From: Candidatus Pacearchaeota archaeon
Lineage (GTDB): Archaea; Nanobdellota; Nanobdellia; Pacearchaeales; GW2011-AR1
Direction: 5' to 3'
Assembly (NCBI GenBank): GCA_018303845.1
Contig: JAGVXH010000004.1
Coordinates: 197,165 to 261,164 of the forward strand
DNA length: 64,000 nt
The notes beneath the pieces are model-generated. The model worked only from the letters and a program-made list of their open reading frames with translations, did not search any database and was not told where the DNA came from. The translations under genes and the position numbers were made by a program. Positions within the stretch are counted from its first letter, which is position 1, and each line of letters opens with the position of its first letter. Shown piece after piece: positions 18,462 through 28,765 of this stretch.

Positions 18462-19346
18462 TCATAGTAAGCTCGGACGTTTAGATTTAATCATTCCTAA
18501 AAACATGATTTGAAACAAAACAACAAAAACAAAAAATCCCAAAAACAAACCCATGGTCAAATTTTTTTCTAGCCCAATCATCGAAGCAACTACTGTCATA
18601 AAACTAACTGACAACGCAGGCACAATAACCGAAATCAACATATACATCATAATCAAAGGATTTAACTTGTTCCCATAATTCTGAATCTGAATCATCTGTT
18701 CTTCATTGAGCGTTCTAATATTTTCAACAATTATCATAGACATATCACTCCCCGCGTTAAGTCCATTACTAATCTGCCAAAGCGTCCTCTTTAAAAAAAC
18801 CGAATGACTCTTTGCGCTAATATCAGCCAAGACTTCAGCTTCGGGTTCGCCAGCTCCAATTTTCTTAACAGCATTCCGAAATTCAAGACTCAACTCTCCA
18901 TAATCTGACATTGAAATATTTGTCAAAATATCAAATAGCGGAATTCCAGAATTCAACTGAATCAAAATATCCTCTAAAGCAAAAATTAAATTCTTCTCAA
19001 TGTCTTTCTCCCGTTTAGATGCAAAAACCTTAGGGTAGGCCAACTGACTAAAAGCAATCGATATGGAAAAAATACCACTTAATCCTAAAGCATAGACCCA
19101 AAATCCAGGAATGCCTGCAACCATCAAAAGCGAAGCAAACACAATTAACAAGATCAAAAACGTATTAACAAAACTCCTGAAAACAATTCCTAAATATTCT
19201 TCTCGAGTTAATTTAATATTAATTTCTTCAAGATATTCCTTCAAAGAAGATTTTTTCTTATAATGAAACTTTGACGCAAAAAACTTTGATCTTGATTTTA
19301 ACTTCTCAATATTGGAATCAGCAAGCGGAATTCTAAAAACGACCAT
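18462..19346 (-). CDS. type II secretion system F-domain platform protein (TadB/EpdJ/FlaJ-half-like)
   Basis: 294 aa with the same architecture as 17513..18415. Overlaps the ATPase gene by 1 nt. Confidence 0.72.
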   Translation of the reverse strand: MVVFRIPLADSNIEKLKSRSKFFASKFHYKKKSSLKEYLEEINIKLTREEYLGIVFRSFVNTFLILLIVFASLLMVAGIPGFWVYALGLSGIFSISIAFSQLAYPKVFASKREKDIEKNLIFALEDILIQLNSGIPLFDILTNISMSDYGELSLEFRNAVKKIGAGEPEAEVLADISAKSHSVFLKRTLWQISNGLNAGSDMSMIIVENIRTLNEEQMIQIQNYGNKLNPLIMMYMLISVIVPALSVSFMTVVASMIGLEKNLTMGLFLGFFVFVVLFQIMFLGMIKSKRPSLL

Positions 19347-21112
19347 TAATTCCTCCTCATTTTTTTCTTTTTCTTTGAACTTTTCTTTGCAAAATTTTCT
19401 GCGGTCTTTTTCTTAACAGTCACATTAACGTCAACCGGCAATCGGTCTTCGGAAATCTTTTTATCAGTACTAGCAAACAACTTAACATTATTAGCTTGAA
19501 TCTCCTTTATCAATCTAGCCTTATCAGAATAATAATAATTCATAACTTTCCCAATCTCGGACAAACTCCGAATTTTGTGTTTAATCAACCAAGCTAAAAT
19601 CTTCTTTTTCTCTTCCAGATTCGCATCAATCTCCGTTTGTGTCATTCCAGTATTCCTAGAAATATCCTCGAAAAATCGAGAACTTTCCCCATGCCGGATA
19701 ATCTTATCCCCTTCAGGAATCCAACGATAAATAATATTCGCGTCAGCAGTATTCCCCTTGACATTAAATTCACCAACCTGCAAAATTCGCCTAATCCCAC
19801 GTCGCCTATCCCTAAACATAACAACATTCAAATTAACGGCATCAAGCAAATTGGCAGGAATACTCAAAGGCGGATTAATCAAACGCGAAACAGTTTCCGA
19901 AGCAGAATTCGCATGCATCGTAGCATAAACAGAATGTCCAGTATGCATAGCTTCAAACATAACCATTGCTTCTTCCTGTCGACGCATTTCACCTAAAACA
20001 ATCCTATCCGGTCTCATCCTAAGTGAGTTCACCAGCAAATCAAGCATCGTAATCGCACCCTTCCCCTCAGGATTAGCGCTCCTAGTCACAAGCGGAGTCC
20101 AATACAAAAAGTCAGGCAACATCAATTCTCTAGTATCCTCAACAGTCAAAATCCTATGGTTAGGCGGAATAAACGGCATGCATGCATTCAAAATAACAGT
20201 CTTCCCAGAAGCAGTCCCTCCAGAAACGATAACGTTCATTTCATATTCAACAGCCAGCCAGAGCAAAACTGTAACATCCAAATCCATCGTCTTGTTCCCA
20301 ATCAAATCTATAATCGTATACGGGTCACGTGCGAAACGTCTAATCGTAATAGTATTCCCCTTTGTAGAAATTGGATAAAGTACAGCATTAACTCTATCCC
20401 CAGAAACCAAATGCGCATCAAGTAAAGGACTAAGCACCGTAATTTGTCGACCGACACGCCGCGCAACAATATTAGAATAATTAATAATTTCATCTTCCCT
20501 TTTAATACTAAAACTAGTTCGAAGCCAACCATACTTTTTATGATAAACCCGAAGTGGCTCTTTCGCCGACGGAATCACAATCTCTTCTAAATTAGAATCA
20601 TTAACCAAAAACTCAATCTCGCCAAGTCCCAACATGTCCTGCATCAACTTATTCACCAAAACCTGCTTCGTGTCTTTCCCGATAGTTGGAATCTTTTTCA
20701 TCAACATCTCTCCAGCATTCTCGCTAAACTTTTTCCGAATCCCTTCAACCGCATCAGGGTCAACAATCTCTCTCATCCCAACCGTAGTCAAACTAATCAA
20801 CTCATTTCGAACATCTTCAAGCAAAACACTCGTGGCGTCATCTACTTCAGGAATTTCCAAATCATAAATAATCATCGTGCCCTTTTTCTTAATACGAACC
20901 GTAACATCCATATTCCCTTCGGATTTTATCTCATAACTTTCAAGGATTTTCTGGTCCTTTTCTTCTTTTTCCCCCTCAACAATTTTTGTTATAACATTTT
21001 CAACAACAGAATCAGCCACGCCCTTCCCATTGACGGCATCTTTAACTTTCTCTCCAAATGCAACCTCTTCGGATCCTTTCACTCCCTTTCTTATTTCATT
21101 TATCTTTTTCAT
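19346..21112 (-). CDS. type II/IV secretion-system ATPase (FlaI/PilB/VirB11 family)
   Basis: Walker A VSGGTASGKTV, TVEDTRELMLP, Walker B/His box DRIVLGEMRRQEEAMVMFEAMHTGHSVYATMHANS. Lys-rich C-terminal tail. Confidence 0.9.
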   Translation of the reverse strand: MKKINEIRKGVKGSEEVAFGEKVKDAVNGKGVADSVVENVITKIVEGEKEEKDQKILESYEIKSEGNMDVTVRIKKKGTMIIYDLEIPEVDDATSVLLEDVRNELISLTTVGMREIVDPDAVEGIRKKFSENAGEMLMKKIPTIGKDTKQVLVNKLMQDMLGLGEIEFLVNDSNLEEIVIPSAKEPLRVYHKKYGWLRTSFSIKREDEIINYSNIVARRVGRQITVLSPLLDAHLVSGDRVNAVLYPISTKGNTITIRRFARDPYTIIDLIGNKTMDLDVTVLLWLAVEYEMNVIVSGGTASGKTVILNACMPFIPPNHRILTVEDTRELMLPDFLYWTPLVTRSANPEGKGAITMLDLLVNSLRMRPDRIVLGEMRRQEEAMVMFEAMHTGHSVYATMHANSASETVSRLINPPLSIPANLLDAVNLNVVMFRDRRRGIRRILQVGEFNVKGNTADANIIYRWIPEGDKIIRHGESSRFFEDISRNTGMTQTEIDANLEEKKKILAWLIKHKIRSLSEIGKVMNYYYSDKARLIKEIQANNVKLFASTDKKISEDRLPVDVNVTVKKKTAENFAKKSSKKKKKMRRN

Positions 21113-21115
21113 TTA

Positions 21116-21778
21116 TCACCTTTTCTTTTTCATTCTATGCACAATCTTTTTCTTAGTAACTTTTTTCTTAGCCCCACTCTCTTTCCCCTTAACTTTCTCA
21201 TTGACAATCATTAACATTTTTTTCACAATAACCTCTTCTTTCTTCTTGGCGTAATCAATAATCTCTTCCCCTTCCTTCTTCTTCTCAAGCAATCTTAAAA
21301 CCGGCTTTCCAAATCTGGGATAATCAATTTCAGCAAGGTCTCCATTCTCAAAAACTTTAGCCCATCCAAGTGCAACTTCTGGATCAACCCGAAAAACTCC
21401 TTCGATATCCTCTAGGTCAATTTCCTTTTTCTTCTTTAGCATTTCATATAAAATATCAAGGTCAGTACGGGACCGCCGCGTTCCGTCTTTTATTAGATAA
21501 TCTCCTTTGGATAAAATTTCCTTTTTTCTAAATCTTCTAACAATAAAAAAAGCCGCGACAATAATAATCAATAACAACAAAACTTGAGATAAAATGAAAA
21601 TTCTTTGATTAATAGAACTAGTTTCATAAAAAATATTAACAGCCTCTCTTATGGAATTTCCAGTCAGTCCGTTGGCAGGACTATCTGCTAGATAAGACAA
21701 ATACGGCCAACTCGCGACAATCAAAAACAATCCAACCAAAAGCCCAAGCAAAGCCACGCCACTTCTCCTTATCACCAT
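21116..21778 (-). CDS. membrane protein, first gene of the pilus-machinery operon
   Basis: Two TM segments, then a soluble helical domain and a Lys-rich tail. Its stop lies 3 nt from the ATPase start. No family recognised. Confidence 0.5.
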   Translation of the reverse strand: MVIRRSGVALLGLLVGLFLIVASWPYLSYLADSPANGLTGNSIREAVNIFYETSSINQRIFILSQVLLLLIIIVAAFFIVRRFRKKEILSKGDYLIKDGTRRSRTDLDILYEMLKKKKEIDLEDIEGVFRVDPEVALGWAKVFENGDLAEIDYPRFGKPVLRLLEKKKEGEEIIDYAKKKEEVIVKKMLMIVNEKVKGKESGAKKKVTKKKIVHRMKKKR

Positions 21779-21877
21779 GTATCTAATTAATCTCCAAATC
21801 TTATAAACATATTGTTTAACGGCTCCCTATCTTTCAACAACTTTATTAACATAAATCTCCATTAAACAACAAAGAGG

Positions 21878-22351
21878 ATGGCATTAAAATTTACACTAAC
21901 ATTAGTTCACCAAGTAGTCCCAAATACTTTTAAGAAACGTGCGCAATCAAGTATGGAACTCTTAATTTTAATGGGCTTCCTAACTTTCGTAATAATTGGG
22001 ATCATGGGAGTTGGTTACTTTTACTCAAACACAATCAACGACAGAATCAAATCAAACGAAATCAATAACTTCGCAACAAAAATAACTTCAACAGCCGAAA
22101 CTGTTTTCTACTCCGGTGAACCATCAAAATCAACAATCTTAGCACATCTCCCAGAAAATGTTAAAGACATAGAAATAATAAACAACACTCTAATCATAAC
22201 ATATAACTTGGCAACAGGAGAAAATAAAGGAGCTTTCCAGAGTAACGTTCCAATTATAGAAAATTCTTTATCTCAACTCACAACATCTTCAGGAATAAAA
22301 AACATAGTAATTATTGCAAACCAAACCCATGCAATAATTTCCCAGAACTAA
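21878..22351 (+). CDS. class III signal-peptide (pilin-like) protein
   Basis: KKRAQSSMELLILMGFLTFVIIGIMGVGYF. Exact QxSxExxxL class III signal motif after a basic stretch. RBS agagg before the ATG. Confidence 0.62.
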   Translation: MALKFTLTLVHQVVPNTFKKRAQSSMELLILMGFLTFVIIGIMGVGYFYSNTINDRIKSNEINNFATKITSTAETVFYSGEPSKSTILAHLPENVKDIEIINNTLIITYNLATGENKGAFQSNVPIIENSLSQLTTSSGIKNIVIIANQTHAIISQN

Positions 22352-22352
22352 A

Positions 22353-22775
22353 ATGGGTCCCAATTATTTGCCATCTACCATCTACGTGAAGCGAGCACAA
22401 GTCGCCATAGAATTTCTAATAATAATAGGAGCGGTAGTTTTTTTCGTTTCTATTTTTTTATTAGCAATTCAAAATAGTCAACAAGAAAAAACATATCAAC
22501 AACAAAACATTCAACTAAAAGAAATTGCACTAACAGTCCAAAACGAAATCAACCTAGCCTCCGAATCAAGTGATGGATATGTGAGAGAATTCATCATTCC
22601 CAAAACAGCAGGAAGTCAAGAATACCAAATCACACTAGACTTGGGGATAGTATACATAAAAACTACAGATAACAAACACGCACTCACACTCCCAGTTCAA
22701 GAAGTGACAGGCAACATCAACAAAACCCAAAACACAATACAAAAAATAAATGGGCAAATCCTACTAAACCAATGA
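22353..22775 (+). CDS. class III signal-peptide (pilin-like) protein
   Basis: VKRAQVAIEFLIIIGAVVFFVSIFLLA. Confidence 0.65.
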   Translation: MGPNYLPSTIYVKRAQVAIEFLIIIGAVVFFVSIFLLAIQNSQQEKTYQQQNIQLKEIALTVQNEINLASESSDGYVREFIIPKTAGSQEYQITLDLGIVYIKTTDNKHALTLPVQEVTGNINKTQNTIQKINGQILLNQ

Positions 22776-23308
22776 AGTTGTATCTACAAACCACATCCCC
22801 AAAGCAAAATCGCAAAGCACAAATCTGGAGTCTCGACCTGATGACAGGGCTGGCTCTTTTTCTCGTAGGCATAATGATATTCTTTATCTATTCTTTAAAC
22901 CAGCCATCTCAAGCGAAAGAAACATTTGCCTTTCTAAACTACGATGGCAAAGTTATCGCAGACAATCTACTCTCACAGGGCTACCCAAATAATTGGAACC
23001 CAAGCAATGTAATAACAATCGGTATAATATCCGACAGCAAAATTAACCAATCAAAACTAGAAAACCTTTACCAAATGATTTACGTCCAAAATAACTACAC
23101 CAAAACGAAAAACATCTTCAACACTGAATACGATTACTATTTCTTTCTAAGTGAAAACATGACAGTTAGCTCAGGGAAAATAGAAGGAATAGGAAAGCCA
23201 GGGGCAACCCCAAATAACATCAACGCAAAAGACTTAATCAAAATAACTAGATTCACAATTTACGAAAATAAAACAACTCCACTTTATTTATACCTATGGC
23301 AAGAATAA
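22772..23308 (+). CDS. class III signal-peptide (pilin-like) protein
   Basis: NRKAQIWSLDLMTGLALFLVGIMIFFIY. ATGA overlap with the upstream gene. Confidence 0.6.
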   Translation: MKLYLQTTSPKQNRKAQIWSLDLMTGLALFLVGIMIFFIYSLNQPSQAKETFAFLNYDGKVIADNLLSQGYPNNWNPSNVITIGIISDSKINQSKLENLYQMIYVQNNYTKTKNIFNTEYDYYFFLSENMTVSSGKIEGIGKPGATPNNINAKDLIKITRFTIYENKTTPLYLYLWQE

Positions 23309-25938
23309 ACAGCTCATTCATCACCGCACGAAATGCCCAATTTTTCACCCTAGATGCACTTATTGCTCTAACTATAATAATCCTAACGGTAATCGCAATT
23401 TCGCCGGTTCTAAAACAATCCCGTCAAGAGCCGACAATAACTTCCGACATCTTAGAATCCCTAGGCTCAATATCAATAGGCGATTTCAACAATAGCTATG
23501 CAAAACAACTAATCGCCGAAGGAAAAATCACAGATACATCAAAATCTCTTCTAGAACAAATCGGAGAATTCTATGTAACGAATACAACCATTGCAACAAT
23601 CCTAGCCCAAGAAACATTGTCTACAATATCCCCAACAGAAAACATAGGGATATGGTACGGCTCAACACTTCTAGCTTCGAAAAACATAACTCCATTCGAA
23701 ACATCAGAGAACATTTTCGTAGATAGACAAACCATAAGCGGAGTCGGAGGAAATGGTAGTGTAACAGGGTTCTCAACACGAGCGTCCTTATCAAGCTCAT
23801 CGAGAACAGCTTATACCTATTTCGGCGGATATATCGGAGAAGGAAACACGACGCACATAATAGAATATCAAGGGACAATAAAATCAGCGAGTATAGAATT
23901 AGTAGTAAACAAAAACTTCCAACTAATAGTAAACGGTAACTCTCTAGGAATATTCACTGCGTCCCCAAATGATTTCATTCCAGTAAACTATAGTCTAAAC
24001 ACGACCCACTTTTCGTCAGGCACAAACACAATTCAAATCAAAGGAGAAAATCTACATATCGCAGGTGGTTTTATAAAAATAAGTTATGAAAGTAATGTTA
24101 CATATGAACAACCCGTACGATATTATTTCCCAGGAATTACCGGAATCATAAACCTCTACGACGGATTCTACGTGCCAGGTAACCTAACCGGACTTTCAAT
24201 CTCTCTCCACTTCAACAACTCACTAACAACATTCCTAACTCTCGGCAAAACCCAAGTCTTCAACGCATCCTCATCGGGAACCTCGTCAATCACAATCCCA
24301 AATGCAACTCTAGCCTCGCTCCTAAATTTTTCAGACCTAAGCAAAAAAACAATTCCTATAAGATTCGGAATGGAAGACATGAACTACGTAACAAATAACA
24401 CAAATGAAATAGATGTCTTTTCGGCAACCGACATCTCAGGAAGCATGGCGGCAGATTGTAGTGGAGAAAGTTCTATCTGTTGTAATACTTTCAACTGTGA
24501 TAAAAATAGGAATTCTTGTGAATCCTGTGGAGGAACACTAGTCAGTTGGTGGGGTTGGACATATTGCTCAGGAGAAAGTACCTCTTGTTGCGAAGCACTT
24601 CTTTGTAATGCCAACGAAACAAGCTGTACCACATGCTCAGGATCATTCGAAAATAAAATTCAAGATGCAAAAGATGCAAACGAACTTTTCATCGATATGA
24701 TACTAAACGAAACAGACAGCCGTGTTGGGCTAACTGCATATTCAACCTCAGCATTAACTTCAAATTACCACGCCCTATCAAATAATACAGCCTCGTTAAA
24801 AGCCGAAGTGGTCTCATGGAACGAAGGCGGCTCTACCTGCATATGTTGCGGAATAAACAAAGCGGTAGCTGGATTTCTAGCAGATTCTAATTCCTCAGAA
24901 AAATTCCAATCCATAGTAATGATGAGTGATGGAGATGCGAATGTGCGATGTGCACAGCAAGGAACAGGAACAGCAAATGGAGATGCAATAATGGCAGCAT
25001 GCGACGCCTATAATGATTATGGAATAAAAGTCTACACAATCGGCTTCGGCTCAGATGCAAACGTAGCAACTTTGACCAGCATGGCCGCTTGCGCCGACGG
25101 AAGCTTCTACTCAGCAATAGATGATCTAGAAGACATCTACGAAAAAATAGCCGAAGAGATAATTCAAACAGCATACTACGAACAAACAGTCGAAGTCTCA
25201 GGCGATTTCTTCTCAGAACTTTTCCCAGACTCCTACATAGAATTTAATTATACCAAAGAAGCCTCTCCAGTAGGACTCCTGGCAACACTAGAGCAACCTT
25301 TCACAGATTCAGAAAACGCGACATTCTCACTTCCACTAAACTCTAGCATATTAGAAGCAACCGCAATATCATACTCCGGACCAAAATGGACAGCACTCGT
25401 AAAGTTAAACAATAATTCAATCTACAATCTCAGCGAATACCAAACAGATTTTCTAAAACTCGGCGACCCATACTCAATCAATATCCCAGCCTCATCAGTC
25501 TTACAAAATAACAACGTCACATTAAAAGCCGGACTAGCGGCAGACAACATAAGCCAAGGTTCAATCTACAACAAAATAATTTACACAATATCAAAACCTC
25601 TAGCTTCATACACATCAGTCTCAGCAACGGCACAAGGATGCAATTGGACAGTTCATTTCAACACATACAATCTAACACTTCCAATCCCAGAAGATTACTC
25701 AGGATCTCAAGTATGCGAATACTCAAGCACGCCATACTGCGGAATTTATCCAAATTGTGCAGGTGCAACAGACTCTGCCCAAATAGCTACATACAATCTT
25801 TTCAAACTTCTAGACTTTGATACCAATGGCAAAGTAGACGTAGACCTTTCAGCTCAAGACATGCAAATATCGACATCAAATCTAGGCGGCGTCCCATTTC
25901 TATATTCAACAGAGGTACAAATAAGAAAATGGTATTAA
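23296..25938 (+). CDS. large pilin-like surface protein with von Willebrand factor A domain (candidate tip adhesin)
   Basis: N-terminus ARNAQFFTLDALIALTIIILTVIAI. vWA MIDAS DISGSM ... SIVMMSDGDAN ... VYTIGFGSDAN. Very many N-x-S/T sequons. Cys-rich insert at 24457-24642. Confidence 0.78.
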   Translation: MARINSSFITARNAQFFTLDALIALTIIILTVIAISPVLKQSRQEPTITSDILESLGSISIGDFNNSYAKQLIAEGKITDTSKSLLEQIGEFYVTNTTIATILAQETLSTISPTENIGIWYGSTLLASKNITPFETSENIFVDRQTISGVGGNGSVTGFSTRASLSSSSRTAYTYFGGYIGEGNTTHIIEYQGTIKSASIELVVNKNFQLIVNGNSLGIFTASPNDFIPVNYSLNTTHFSSGTNTIQIKGENLHIAGGFIKISYESNVTYEQPVRYYFPGITGIINLYDGFYVPGNLTGLSISLHFNNSLTTFLTLGKTQVFNASSSGTSSITIPNATLASLLNFSDLSKKTIPIRFGMEDMNYVTNNTNEIDVFSATDISGSMAADCSGESSICCNTFNCDKNRNSCESCGGTLVSWWGWTYCSGESTSCCEALLCNANETSCTTCSGSFENKIQDAKDANELFIDMILNETDSRVGLTAYSTSALTSNYHALSNNTASLKAEVVSWNEGGSTCICCGINKAVAGFLADSNSSEKFQSIVMMSDGDANVRCAQQGTGTANGDAIMAACDAYNDYGIKVYTIGFGSDANVATLTSMAACADGSFYSAIDDLEDIYEKIAEEIIQTAYYEQTVEVSGDFFSELFPDSYIEFNYTKEASPVGLLATLEQPFTDSENATFSLPLNSSILEATAISYSGPKWTALVKLNNNSIYNLSEYQTDFLKLGDPYSINIPASSVLQNNNVTLKAGLAADNISQGSIYNKIIYTISKPLASYTSVSATAQGCNWTVHFNTYNLTLPIPEDYSGSQVCEYSSTPYCGIYPNCAGATDSAQIATYNLFKLLDFDTNGKVDVDLSAQDMQISTSNLGGVPFLYSTEVQIRKWY

Positions 25939-26861
25939 ATAAAAAAGGAATCTTCTTCACGTTAATAACAATAACAATCCTAACACTCTTCGCAACAACT
26001 TACTCAACTTACACCCTCTTTCAAGATCGCGAACCAATCAACTCCAGAATCCAAACCTTAAACAACTTCGTCGCATCCGTAGAGCAAGACCTTCCAAGAC
26101 AAACCTACATCTCAGGCTACCGTTCCATTCTTCTCTTCAATAAATACATAGTAGAAACTGGAACTTACATTTCGGACCCACAAGCCTCACTCTCCGAATT
26201 ATTCTTTAACGCAACACTAAACGGAGTGCCCCAAGACCTAATGACCGATGCGACATTTTCAAACCTAGAATCCTTTCTGCAAGACAACGCCGAAAAAATC
26301 AACGCCAACCTAACCCTACAAAATCCAACAATAACAATTTCTCAAGACGACCCATGGAATCTAAAAATAACCCTAGTCACAACCCTAACAATTCAGGACA
26401 AAGGTGGACTAGCAACATGGAACAAAACGTCGATAACTTCTTCCTACATCCCAATCAAAAATTTCGACGACCCAATTTATTCAGTTAATACCGCAGGCAA
26501 AGTCCTCCTAAAAATAAACCAAACCCCATACACAAACTTCGTAGTTGGAGGAGACTACTCAAACTTAACCGACCACTTCCGAAACTCATTCTACAAAACC
26601 TCAACTTCAGGCCCGTCCTTTCTAATGCGACTAGAAGGAAACCTATCATCTGACCCAAACGGAATCGAATCCCTAGTAAACCCGCAAACCCTAGCAAACG
26701 CAGGAATATCTGCAAAATACAAATCCGTCGTCGACTACATCTACTTCTCTACCGACAATCCAACAAAATATTCAGTTCCAGCGGTTAGCAATTTGATTTT
26801 AGATGATGAGGATAATCACTTAACAACATATAATGTTTCAAGTGTCGCAGTTCCAATATAA
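25929..26861 (+). CDS. pilin-like/secreted protein with N-terminal hydrophobic helix
   Basis: MVLNKKGIFFTLITITILTLFATTY. 10-nt overlap with the vWA gene. Many N-x-S/T sequons. Confidence 0.55.
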   Translation: MVLNKKGIFFTLITITILTLFATTYSTYTLFQDREPINSRIQTLNNFVASVEQDLPRQTYISGYRSILLFNKYIVETGTYISDPQASLSELFFNATLNGVPQDLMTDATFSNLESFLQDNAEKINANLTLQNPTITISQDDPWNLKITLVTTLTIQDKGGLATWNKTSITSSYIPIKNFDDPIYSVNTAGKVLLKINQTPYTNFVVGGDYSNLTDHFRNSFYKTSTSGPSFLMRLEGNLSSDPNGIESLVNPQTLANAGISAKYKSVVDYIYFSTDNPTKYSVPAVSNLILDDEDNHLTTYNVSSVAVPI

Positions 26862-26938
26862 AATTATTTTATAAGAATATAGTTAAGATTAGAATCTATG
26901 ATGCAAAGTATTAAAAATAATTTTTGTAGAAAATAATT

Positions 26939-27283
26939 ATGAAACAAAAGCCCTTAGAAATCTTAGCGGGAAAATACTTTTCCCTCCAAGAAGCAATTGG
27001 GGTAGAAGAGTTCCATAACGTATACGATGAAATAAAAGAATATCAATCCGATGCAGTTTTCGATAGTTATATTCAAGCGTTGTCAAAAATGGCAGTGTAT
27101 TCAGAGGGGGTAATAAGAAGACAATACGACAAAACATTAGAAATATTAACACAGTTTCCTTCAAAACTGAGAATAATAAAAGGGGACGATGCCAAAAAAG
27201 ACAGCCTCTCCCAAGTGATATTAACATTAATAACACTCAACGCATTAATCCCCGCATTAGAAAAAGAAACCATGAATCGTTAG
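26939..27283 (+). CDS. hypothetical protein
   Basis: 114 aa, predicted helical. No motif recognised. Confidence 0.4.
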   Translation: MKQKPLEILAGKYFSLQEAIGVEEFHNVYDEIKEYQSDAVFDSYIQALSKMAVYSEGVIRRQYDKTLEILTQFPSKLRIIKGDDAKKDSLSQVILTLITLNALIPALEKETMNR

Positions 27284-27291
27284 GCTATCTA

Positions 27292-28587
27292 TCAATTTCT
27301 CTTCTTCGAGATAACTTTAACCCCACCCATATAAGACCTCAAAACCTCAGGCACGCTAACACTCCCATCCTTATTCTGAAAATTCTCCAAAATTGCAACC
27401 AAAGCTCTCGAGGTAGCAATCGCCGTATTATTCAAAGTATGAGGAACAACCCTCTCGCCCTTAACTCTAGTAAAAATCTTCAACTTCCTAGCCTGTGCCT
27501 CCGTCAAATTCGAACAACTCCCAACTTCAAACCAACCATTCTTCCGCGGACTCCAAGCCTCAATATCAACCTGCTCATATTTCAAATCTCCCAAATCTCC
27601 ACTACAAATCCTCAAAACCCTAACCGGAATCCCTAAGTTCTTAAAAATCTCAAGAGTAATATCCTGCATCTCCTTCCAATATTTCTCCGAAACTTTCAAA
27701 TCAGGCTCACAAATCACAACCATCTCAATCTTGTTAAACTGATGCGTCCGAAACAGCCCCTTCTCATCAATCCCGTGCGCTCCAATTTCCTTTCTAAAAC
27801 ACATCGAATAACTAGTCTGCTTAATAGGAAGCTTAGCAAAATCAATCTCAGTCCCAGCAAACCGCCCAATCAAAGAATGCTCACTCGTCCCAATCAAAGC
27901 CAACTTCGGCTCGTCATTAGTCAAGTAAATCTGCGCAACCTTGTCTCCTAAATCCGTAACTTCATCAATAATATTCTCTCTCAAAAGATAAGGCGTCTCA
28001 ACATAACGAAAACCCTTCGACCTCATAACATCCCTCGCATAACTAATCAAAGCAACATTAAGCATCGCAACCTCATCTTCCAAATAATAAAATCCAGTCC
28101 CACTAACTCTCGCCGAACTCTCAAAATCTGCCATCCCCAAATTTTCTAAAATCTCAACATGACTCTTCACTTCAAAATCAAACTTCTTCGGACTTCCAAC
28201 CCGTCTCTCCTCAACATTTTCGGCATCACTTTTCCCCAAAGGAACCTTACCAGACATAATATTTGGCAACTTCATCTGCAACTTCAAAATCTTTTCCTCG
28301 AGTTTCTTCCTCTTTTCACAAATCGCATCAATTTTCCCAGGAATCTCTTTCGCTCTCTTCATTTCGGCATCAGCATTTTCTTTCTTCTTCTTCTTAGCAC
28401 TAATCGCCTCACTAACTTTATTCCTCTCACTTCGAAGAGAATCTTCTTCATACTTCAACTTCCGCCATTCACCATCAAGCCTCACGACCTCGTCAACAAT
28501 TTCTAAATCCTTTCGATTCTTCCGCCTCATATTCTCGCAAACGACGTCACTATTCTCCTTTACAAACTTAATATCTAACATAATCAA
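27292..28587 (-). CDS. serS: serine--tRNA ligase
   Basis: N-terminal coiled-coil arm (MLDIKFVKEN...). Class II motifs: FRKEIGAHG.., TSEHSLIG, GSCSNLTEAQARKL, LNNTAIATSRALVAILENFQ. Confidence 0.95.
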   Translation of the reverse strand: MIMLDIKFVKENSDVVCENMRRKNRKDLEIVDEVVRLDGEWRKLKYEEDSLRSERNKVSEAISAKKKKKENADAEMKRAKEIPGKIDAICEKRKKLEEKILKLQMKLPNIMSGKVPLGKSDAENVEERRVGSPKKFDFEVKSHVEILENLGMADFESSARVSGTGFYYLEDEVAMLNVALISYARDVMRSKGFRYVETPYLLRENIIDEVTDLGDKVAQIYLTNDEPKLALIGTSEHSLIGRFAGTEIDFAKLPIKQTSYSMCFRKEIGAHGIDEKGLFRTHQFNKIEMVVICEPDLKVSEKYWKEMQDITLEIFKNLGIPVRVLRICSGDLGDLKYEQVDIEAWSPRKNGWFEVGSCSNLTEAQARKLKIFTRVKGERVVPHTLNNTAIATSRALVAILENFQNKDGSVSVPEVLRSYMGGVKVISKKRN

Positions 28588-28616
28588 CTACGCCCACCCA
28601 ATTACTTAAACTTTTC

Positions 28617-28640
28617 CGTAGCAAACCCGCGTAACCACTT
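28617..28640 (+). repeat. repeat family, degenerate copy c (ccgtagcaaacccgcgtaaccac)
   Basis: AACCCGCGTAACCAC closely resembles copy j (AATCCGCGACTAACCAC). It lies in the divergent serS / wHTH intergenic region. Confidence 0.5.
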
Positions 28641-28765
28641 CAAAATGTTCTGTCACCAAACCCAAATTATGTCTCTACTAAAAGTGGACGAAATTCCCCC
28701 ACAAAACTTATAAGCCAATACTACTCTAATATATACATTGGAACATATACTTCCAGAAAAACAAA

